A stretch of DNA of 40,036 nucleotides from a virus. The notes beneath the pieces are model-generated. The model ran no database searches. It was given only the letters and a program-made list of their open reading frames with translations, and was not told where the DNA came from. Location: IMG/VR virus record IMGVR_UViG_2524614585_000001, positions 1-40,036 of that record, one strand, 5' to 3'. The position numbers and the translations under genes were made by a program. Shown one piece after another: positions 1-5,607 of the stretch (the first letter of the stretch is position 1; every line of letters starts with the position of its first letter).

Positions 1-95
1 CCTTTAAGGGGTCAGAAAGGGGTCAAACGGGGGTCAAGACAAAAAGAAAAGGCTCAACCACTAGGGTTAAGCCTTGTTTAGCGGAGATGGAGAGA
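1..95. repeat. Terminal direct repeat, copy 1
   Basis: Compared base by base: identical to 39942..40036 and runs to the window edge. Confidence 0.97.
8..36 (+). promoter_or_regulatory. Three GGGGTCA direct repeats in 11-bp phase (8, 19, 30); fourth copy GGGGTCAGAA at 211..220. Candidate integrase arm-type sites.
   Basis: Read directly; located just 3' of int in the circular map. Confidence 0.45.
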
Positions 96-153
96 ATCTC
101 AAATCTCGTTTTTCCTTAATTTCTATATAAATATTATCCAGTTAAATCAAGGG

Positions 154-179
154 GTTACATTATCCTGTTAATGTGTAAC
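154..179. promoter_or_regulatory. Imperfect inverted repeat GTTACATTA-N6-TAATGTGTAAC, candidate attP core
   Basis: Lies between the GGGGTCA repeat sets; AT-rich surroundings. Confidence 0.3.
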
Positions 180-260
180 AAACATAATTTATAAATATTT
201 TATCAGATATGGGGTCAGAAAATGCTATAATTGAGTCAAAGTTATCGTGAAAGGATTAAC

Positions 261-437
261 ATGAAAATCATATACTTTTTAGAAAATTATCGATTTAATC
301 CGTTGCTGAAAGAAAACGTCCAATGTACTCAATGTAATCATAAGTATAGCACGAAAATACGTCAAAGAGATTTACAGACGGATATCCGTTGCGAAAATTG
401 CATGCGAGTGTTTACCCACTTCAAATATCTGTTTTAA
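261..437 (+). CDS. Small zinc-ribbon-like protein (58 aa, CxxC...CxxC)
   Basis: ATG at 261 preceded by GAAAGGA; CTQC and CENC pairs; terminator follows. Confidence 0.55.
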   Translation: MKIIYFLENYRFNPLLKENVQCTQCNHKYSTKIRQRDLQTDIRCENCMRVFTHFKYLF

Positions 438-439
438 AA

Positions 440-477
440 CCGCCCACTACTTATTATAGTAGAAAGGCGGATTTTTT
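440..477 (+). terminator. Rho-independent terminator
   Basis: CCGCC...GGCGG stem with inner CTACT/AGTAG stem, then TTTTTT. Confidence 0.75.
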
Positions 478-530
478 GTGCGCTATTTTGCAGAATAGAT
501 AACACCATGTTAAGCACTGATTTAATTTTA

Positions 531-562
531 GAATAATAAAAGGACGGCTTTCCACACCGTCC
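531..562 (-). terminator. Rho-independent terminator (minus strand)
   Basis: GGACGG-N9-CCGTCC followed by TTTTATTATT on the minus strand, about 95 nt after the YolD-like stop. Confidence 0.5.
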
Positions 563-656
563 AGTTTGAAGCTACAATATAACATCACAATTAGTTCTCT
601 CGTCTCATTAATACCGGAGAACTGCACGTCTATATTATACCATGTTTAGTCTTAAT

Positions 657-1043
657 TTATGAATATAGGTAGTCTAGATCACTCATATAATCATACTCAT
701 CCACACTATAAATATGTTCAAATTGAACAAACATAAAACTATCCTCTTTACGCACAGTAACCACCCCGCTCCAGTCATCCATGCTCTCGATGATACATTC
801 TACCTGGTACTCGTAACCATCGTGCCAGTACCGCAGTATGACGTTTTTAGAAATGAGTTCACGCAGCTTCAATTCTAGCTCCTGCTGCAGTTCATCAGTC
901 AGATTAGGCTTAGGCACATATGCTTGCTCTACTTTCAATCTGTCCACATTCTCGTATTGCTCAGGCATCGTGGCAAATGGCGCCCACTTAATCATGCCTC
1001 TGCCTTGTGGAATATTGATATCAGCTAGTTTAGATACGTTCAT
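657..1043 (-). CDS. YolD-like protein
   Basis: IPQGRGMIKWAPFATMPEQYE is the signature block of the YolD-like family; RBS AGAGGTGA. Confidence 0.8.
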   Translation of the reverse strand: MNVSKLADINIPQGRGMIKWAPFATMPEQYENVDRLKVEQAYVPKPNLTDELQQELELKLRELISKNVILRYWHDGYEYQVECIIESMDDWSGVVTVRKEDSFMFVQFEHIYSVDEYDYMSDLDYLYS

Positions 1044-1062
1044 GGAATCACCTCTTAGGGTT

Positions 1063-1083
1063 ATTATAGCGAACGTATGTTCT
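1063..1083 (-). promoter_or_regulatory. LexA (Cheo) box AGAACATACGTTCG abutting a TATAAT -10 for the YolD-like gene
   Basis: Minus strand reads AGAACATACGTTCG-C-TATAAT, then 19 nt (including the RBS), then ATG. Fits CGAAC-N4-GTTCG. Confidence 0.65.
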
Positions 1084-1117
1084 GTATGTAAAGATAAAAA
1101 TAATCCCCTGACAAGGC

Positions 1118-1399
1118 TTATTGTTCAAAATCTAAAAATGGTTTACGTTCCAAATATTCTTGGATGATACTAACATTTTCACCATCTAATGTTGTGACAG
1201 GTAGACTCGGATAATTTTTATCTCTATAAGCCTTACTTAAATCTAATTCTAAAGGCTCCAATTCTTTTACCAATTCTTCTTTATCTTGAAACAGTTTATC
1301 CTTTACTAACAAAGGTTTTATTCTGTCTTGATCCTTAGAATATTTTACTCTTACGAGAACTTTAACAGGTTTACTAAAATTTAAATCATTTATGTTCAT
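1118..1399 (-). CDS. Hypothetical protein C (93 aa), third gene of the AT-rich operon
   Basis: ATG at 1399 with AAGGAGAG RBS; the longer ORF-track start overlaps the upstream gene and lacks an RBS. Confidence 0.6.
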   Translation of the reverse strand: MNINDLNFSKPVKVLVRVKYSKDQDRIKPLLVKDKLFQDKEELVKELEPLELDLSKAYRDKNYPSLPVTTLDGENVSIIQEYLERKPFLDFEQ

Positions 1400-1410
1400 T
1401 ACTACTCTCC

Positions 1411-1698
1411 TTAAATTATATTGAAAATAACAGTTATGAACCCTATAACAACTGCCACTAACGTCGTGGTAGCGAGACCCACACCCCATTTTAATGTAGA
1501 TTTTGTTTCTGAGATGTTTTTATCAATTGCCCCAAGTCGTTCATCGATTCTTTTCTCGTATTGTTTAAATGTTTCCTGCGACACATATGACATGCCGCCA
1601 CCACCTCCATTATTATTCCCTTTTTTATTGTCGCCTTCATACTTCACTTCATTAATATTGAATACTTCAGGGAATATTATTTTCGCAGAATTACTCAT
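1411..1698 (-). CDS. Tail-anchored coiled-coil membrane protein B (XhlA-like architecture)
   Basis: Gly/Asn linker, coiled-coil stretch, single C-terminal TM (GVGLATTTLVAVVIGFITVIF); RBS AAGGGGGA. Confidence 0.6.
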   Translation of the reverse strand: MSNSAKIIFPEVFNINEVKYEGDNKKGNNNGGGGGMSYVSQETFKQYEKRIDERLGAIDKNISETKSTLKWGVGLATTTLVAVVIGFITVIFNII

Positions 1699-2080
1699 TA
1701 TTATCCCCCTTTAAGCGAACTTTAAAAAATACTTCTTGTGAACTCTCTCCATCTATAATTAACTTTGCATAATGTATACCTTCATTATAGAACATAAAAT
1801 CTTGCACAATTATTTCATTAGTGAAAATATCGAAAGGTGTATTATAATAAAAATCTAAAATCGAGTGAGTACTTATTAACACTTGACCTTCAACTTCACC
1901 AATTTCCATTTCTACTTTATAACTATCAGTCTTTGTCAACTCTATTAGAGAGAAAGTCAACATAAAAGAAACTTTTTCATTTAGGGAAGTTAAACCAAAG
2001 CTGCTAATAGGTTTTTTTATAATTAATTCGTTACCACCTGTGTTTTCTTCAGATAATATAAGCCACGCAACTCTTGCCAT
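1691..2080 (-). CDS. Hypothetical protein A (129 aa), first gene of the AT-rich operon
   Basis: Only long ORF here; its stop overlaps the start of B by 8 nt (ATGAGTAA); weak RBS. Confidence 0.5.
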   Translation of the reverse strand: MARVAWLILSEENTGGNELIIKKPISSFGLTSLNEKVSFMLTFSLIELTKTDSYKVEMEIGEVEGQVLISTHSILDFYYNTPFDIFTNEIIVQDFMFYNEGIHYAKLIIDGESSQEVFFKVRLKGDNNE

Positions 2081-2172
2081 TTAATTATACCCGCTTTCAG
2101 ATTCATTTATCTAAACATTAGCAAACTATCTGAAAACTAAATAGACGGAACATGTATTCTGTTGTTAAAAAG

Positions 2173-2195
2173 TATTGCGATATTGCAATGCAATG
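2173..2195. promoter_or_regulatory. Operator-like cluster ATTGCGAT-ATTGCAAT-GCAAT in a divergent intergenic region
   Basis: Overlapping palindromic ATTGCAAT units between divergent genes A (-) and D (+). Confidence 0.35.
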
Positions 2196-2265
2196 TATGG
2201 ACTATTAAAAATATATGTAGTCAGATATGATTAAAGAGAATAAAAGAATAGGGGGGGACAAATAA

Positions 2266-2547
2266 ATGAATAGAATTCTTGTACAAAGCAAAACTAAAGA
2301 TAAAGGCTATCAAACAATTTCTAATAATGAGCGTGGCAGTAATGCAGAATTGGCTTTCAAAACTTATAAAGGATATCTGATTAAGTATAAGGATGAAATT
2401 TTAGAGGACGTTCCAGAGAGTGGAGAATATATTATGATTTCTTTTATTGGTGGCGATAAATATACAGACCATGAAATGAAAATTAAGGATATACCTAGTA
2501 CGATAATGATACCTATTAAGTACAGAGATAAATTCACTAGAGATTAA
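2266..2547 (+). CDS. Hypothetical protein D (93 aa)
   Basis: Strong RBS AGGGGGGGA 7 nt before the ATG; terminator follows. Confidence 0.6.
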   Translation: MNRILVQSKTKDKGYQTISNNERGSNAELAFKTYKGYLIKYKDEILEDVPESGEYIMISFIGGDKYTDHEMKIKDIPSTIMIPIKYRDKFTRD

Positions 2548-2554
2548 AAAAAGC

Positions 2555-2588
2555 ACCCCTCTTTCGGCAATGACTCCGATTGAGGGGT
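2555..2588. terminator. Bidirectional terminator between convergent gene D and the endolysin
   Basis: ACCCCTC-N20-GAGGGGT; T-run on the minus strand, weaker T-run on the plus strand. Confidence 0.6.
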
Positions 2589-2675
2589 ATCTTTATAGTT
2601 GAATTATTTAATTTTATTATGGTTGTTCACGCCATATACGTGTCTGTAATTTTCGCGAGTGCTTAATAATGTGTT

Positions 2676-3545
2676 TTATAGCAACTGATTAACTCGTCTC
2701 TGGACTGCATTAGCATCGTACCCTGCTTTTCTAAGTGCATTAAATCGTGCGTTACCATTTCCCCACTTGCCAGCGATCACTTCGCGCGCAACAGTATCAA
2801 TGGACTTTTTAGCTGGCTTAGAAGGACTTGCGCCTAACTTCTTATTAACAGCATTCTGAATTGTTGTAGGGTTATATCCCGCTTTTCTCAAAGCGTTAAA
2901 TCGAGCATTTCCAGTACCCCACTTACCTGCAATGACTTCATTAACAATAGTTGCCGTTGACTTCTTGCTACTTGTAGGTTTATTAGCCGGTTTAGGCTTA
3001 GCTGCAGGCTTCTTAGCCGGTTTGCTAGTATTACTATTCAAAGCGTTTAAATGCTCCTGTACACGGTTTCTGAACGCTTGATAAGTACCTGTAGCGTGCA
3101 TTTTGTGCGGGCAGTCTTTACCACTCCAGTCGTAGTGCCTTTTCAGTCTATCCATTCCCCAACCGTACTGTTTAAGCACATAAGCGATATATAGTGCCGC
3201 GTTTTCCTCTGCTGCTTTATACCTGGTTGATTTAGCGCCTGAATATCCATTATCCATTGAGTAACAGATTTCAATGCCGATTGATCGCATATTACCATTA
3301 CCCATACCATCACCTGCGTGCCAGGCTGTGCGATTAAACGGAATAAGTTGAACAGCTTCTTTATCGTCAATAGCTACATGATAGCTCACTTGCGCATTGT
3401 TACTGTTATGGTACGCTGCTTCGTTACGCGCTGATGCCGTATTCCCTGTATTGTGGACAGTAATATATAACGGATTCATTGCGTATGGTGCTTTAATGCC
3501 GTACTTACTTGTGGGCAACATATTATTTACAATCTTATAAGCCAT
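2676..3545 (-). CDS. Endolysin: N-acetylmuramoyl-L-alanine amidase (Amidase_2/PGRP) plus two CW_7 (Cpl-7-type) repeats
   Basis: HVAIDD...AWHAGDG...SIGIEICY amidase motifs; two copies of VIAGKWGxGNARFNALRKAGY...VQxxVN. Confidence 0.85.
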   Translation of the reverse strand: MAYKIVNNMLPTSKYGIKAPYAMNPLYITVHNTGNTASARNEAAYHNSNNAQVSYHVAIDDKEAVQLIPFNRTAWHAGDGMGNGNMRSIGIEICYSMDNGYSGAKSTRYKAAEENAALYIAYVLKQYGWGMDRLKRHYDWSGKDCPHKMHATGTYQAFRNRVQEHLNALNSNTSKPAKKPAAKPKPANKPTSSKKSTATIVNEVIAGKWGTGNARFNALRKAGYNPTTIQNAVNKKLGASPSKPAKKSIDTVAREVIAGKWGNGNARFNALRKAGYDANAVQRRVNQLL

Positions 3546-3703
3546 TATTTGACCTCCTCGTCGGGCTTGAAACCTTCGAATTTTGTTTCATCTGCTTTTT
3601 CTGGGTTATCCACGGGTTTTATATCTTCGCCGACACCACCGAATTTTTGATTTCGAGTAAATACATCATCACGTTCTTTTTCTGCTTGAGTTTTCTCTGC
3701 CAT
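3545..3703 (-). CDS. Small acidic hydrophilic protein (52 aa) translationally coupled to the endolysin
   Basis: ATG at 3703 with AGGAGT RBS; its stop overlaps the endolysin ATG (TAATG). Confidence 0.55.
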   Translation of the reverse strand: MAEKTQAEKERDDVFTRNQKFGGVGEDIKPVDNPEKADETKFEGFKPDEEVK

Positions 3704-3726
3704 ACCTATCACTCCTATTTTTGATA

Positions 3727-3755
3727 TAAAAAAAGACACCTCGTGTGAGATGTCT
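3727..3755 (-). terminator. Hairpin plus T-run immediately after the holin
   Basis: Minus strand AGACATCT-cacacg-AGGTGTCT then TTTTTTT; includes the holin stop codon. Confidence 0.65.
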
Positions 3756-4005
3756 ACTTACGTGCTTTCTTGCGTTCCAATATTTCCTGCGCTTCTTCTG
3801 CTTCGGTCGTTAAGTTAGTGTTTCTATACGTTGAATACAGCGCTGATACGACTAACGCAACTGTGGACACAGCTTCATAAATCTGCTCGTCGCTGAACGG
3901 TAATGGATTGTACCCGAAGCTCACTAATGCTTGGTTAATCAGTAGTATGATTAGTACGATTAGGCGGGTAATACCCGCTGTTTTATTGTTCTTTGGATTC
4001 GCCAA
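3754..4005 (-). CDS. Holin (phi LC3-type, two TM segments)
   Basis: Two hydrophobic segments and a charged C-terminus; TTG at 4005 sits 6 nt after GGAGGTG. The ORF-track start at 4020 would swallow the RBS. Confidence 0.75.
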   Translation of the reverse strand: MANPKNNKTAGITRLIVLIILLINQALVSFGYNPLPFSDEQIYEAVSTVALVVSALYSTYRNTNLTTEAEEAQEILERKKARK

Positions 4006-4020
4006 ATAGTTCACCTCCAA

Positions 4021-4046
4021 TAAAAATAGAGGAGCTTTCGCCCCTC
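4021..4046 (-). terminator. Hairpin plus T-run upstream of the holin
   Basis: Minus strand GAGGGGC-gaaa-GCTCCTC then TATTTTTA. Confidence 0.5.
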
Positions 4047-4051
4047 ATGCG

Positions 4052-4126
4052 TTATTTACAAATACCCAACCAGAAGCACTGCCAGAAACTTGCGCCTAAA
4101 ATGATAAATTCGCTAGCTGTTTGCAT
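4052..4126 (-). CDS. Candidate 24-aa hydrophobic peptide (MQTASEFIILGASFWQCFWLGICK)
   Basis: ATG preceded by AAAGGTGGTGA; below the ORF-track size cutoff. Confidence 0.3.
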   Translation of the reverse strand: MQTASEFIILGASFWQCFWLGICK

Positions 4127-4145
4127 CGTTTGAACTCACCACCTT

Positions 4146-4547
4146 TCATATCCCTAGCCATGTTCGTATAAGAGCCACCAGTAGGGAAGTACCAAGTGTG
4201 CCGATGAGTCCGAGCATCCAATATTTCAGTTTTTTCATATCTTGCCTGTTCTCTTTTTTAGTTTCTTGGTCAAGTTCACGTTCCCTGTTTATACTGTCTA
4301 GCGTAAAATTCATTTTCTGATTAACTAACTCTTGCGAGTGTTGCCCTGTTTTAATATCATCCAAAGCATCAAAGATCTTACGTGTTTCTTCTTCTGATTT
4401 CTTTTCGTTTTCATCAATCTTTTTATGAAGTCGAGAAAAACGTTCTTCGTAATGTTCATCTTTTCTCTCTAATCGTGATAGTCTTTTTTCATGACTTTCT
4501 AATGATGCAGGCAAACGCTCACCCCTTTCTGCATAATAAAAACCCAC
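4146..4547 (-). CDS. Tail-anchored coiled-coil membrane protein (DUF2951/XhlA-like)
   Basis: Highly charged coiled coil plus a C-terminal TM (YWMLGLIGTLGTSLLVALI); start (GTG 4547 or internal TTG) uncertain. Confidence 0.6.
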   Translation of the reverse strand: MGFYYAERGERLPASLESHEKRLSRLERKDEHYEERFSRLHKKIDENEKKSEEETRKIFDALDDIKTGQHSQELVNQKMNFTLDSINRERELDQETKKENRQDMKKLKYWMLGLIGTLGTSLLVALIRTWLGI

Positions 4548-4549
4548 GG

Positions 4550-4861
4550 TTATTCCGAGGGCTGTTCTTCTACCGGTTTTTCTTCAGTCACAACGTCGCC
4601 ATTCTCGTCTAATCGAAAGGATTCCACATCGTGTTTCATTGCGTAGTATTCATACGCTTGACCTGTAAGGTTCGCCATCATATTGTGAACATCAACCAAC
4701 TGCTTAACTTCTTCAAATGTGCTGTACTTACTCGCTCCTTCAAAGTCATTCACCGCTGAGAATAGTCCGTTGTAGCTGTTAAATCTTAGCACCGAATGTT
4801 CTTCGCTTGAATTGTTATAGCGTGCGATATAGTAGTTAGTTTCTTTACCTGTTAATGTCAT
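4550..4861 (-). CDS. Hypothetical tail-module protein (103 aa)
   Basis: Tightly packed ORF after the tail genes. Confidence 0.55.
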   Translation of the reverse strand: MTLTGKETNYYIARYNNSSEEHSVLRFNSYNGLFSAVNDFEGASKYSTFEEVKQLVDVHNMMANLTGQAYEYYAMKHDVESFRLDENGDVVTEEKPVEEQPSE

Positions 4862-4863
4862 AA

Positions 4864-5109
4864 TTATTTCTCCTCCAGTTTCTGTTTTAATTCTGAAACC
4901 TCTTGTCTTAATTCGGAAACTTCACGTCTTAAATCGCCTTCTTTGAATAAATCTATTGCCCTTAAAGTTTCTATAAACGATGTTCTAGAAGCTAATTTTT
5001 GGATAAACTCATCTGATATTTTTATATCCGAAGCTTCTATAACACAAATGTCCAGAAACTTCTCTCTGCCATCTGAATCGGGGCGGACTATATTAAGTTT
5101 GTTTTCCAT
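4864..5109 (-). CDS. Hypothetical protein (81 aa, C-terminal coiled coil)
   Basis: Tightly packed ORF; REVSELRQEVSELKQKLE repeat. Confidence 0.55.
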   Translation of the reverse strand: MENKLNIVRPDSDGREKFLDICVIEASDIKISDEFIQKLASRTSFIETLRAIDLFKEGDLRREVSELRQEVSELKQKLEEK

Positions 5110-5111
5110 AA

Positions 5112-5555
5112 TTATATCTCCTCCACTAATTCTGCATTTTCGTTATCGGCTTCTGCAACAGGACTTGATGGTAGATTATCTTCAAGCGCATCAAGTAAAA
5201 GATCGTGAGCGACTGCGTTATTTCCTTCGAGCGTGTGCGAATAGTTCTCCAATACTTCTTTTAAAGTTGGCATCATATGTGCGTATTCTGTTAAGACCAC
5301 GACGGAAATTTCGTTCTGCAACTCCTGCATGTGCTTTAATATTGTTTCACATCCTTTGTAATCTTCTTTCTTCTTCAACTCTTCAAGCTCGCCATTCAAC
5401 TTCATATATTCAATTGAAAACTCATTTAGCTTTTCCTGCAGACGATTTTGTAACTTGACTCTCGCCCGTGATGCTTTCGGACTATCACTCACTACCAACC
5501 CTTCTAAAAACTCAACGACCTTCTTCACATGTTTATTCTCTACTGATATCTTCAT
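5112..5555 (-). CDS. Hypothetical post-tail-fibre protein (147 aa)
   Basis: ATG at 5555 sits 7 nt after GGAGGG. Confidence 0.55.
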   Translation of the reverse strand: MKISVENKHVKKVVEFLEGLVVSDSPKASRARVKLQNRLQEKLNEFSIEYMKLNGELEELKKKEDYKGCETILKHMQELQNEISVVVLTEYAHMMPTLKEVLENYSHTLEGNNAVAHDLLLDALEDNLPSSPVAEADNENAELVEEI

Positions 5556-5579
5556 AACTAAACCCTCCAATTTTTATAT

Positions 5580-5607
5580 AAAAAAGAGACCTACATGTGT
5601 AAGTCTC
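5580..5607 (-). terminator. Terminator after the Tal gene
   Basis: 9-bp stem GAGACCTAC/GTAAGTCTC (1 mismatch) plus T-run on the minus strand. Confidence 0.6.

Noticed and set aside
1-95. The 95-bp repeats as attL/attR of an integrated prophage
   Set aside because: The repeat reaches the window edge, no host genes are present, and it contains phage-internal elements (int 3' end, arm-like repeats, int terminator). Circular closure is simpler, although it cannot be fully excluded without the flanks.
95-230. tRNA or tmRNA 3' end at the att region
   Set aside because: No T-arm/acceptor-like sequence (GGTTCGAATCC-type) was recognisable anywhere in the window.
838-1167. 109-aa plus-strand ORF over the YolD-like gene
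   Set aside because: The opposite frame carries the unmistakable YolD signature, an RBS and a promoter. The plus frame has none of these.
2084-2089. TATAAT 3 nt before the ATG of gene A as its promoter
   Set aside because: It is too close, because transcription would start inside the ORF. It is probably a chance match in AT-rich DNA.
4943-5458. 171-aa plus-strand ORF spanning two minus-strand genes
   Set aside because: It crosses gene boundaries of a tightly packed operon, has no RBS, and its composition is atypical.
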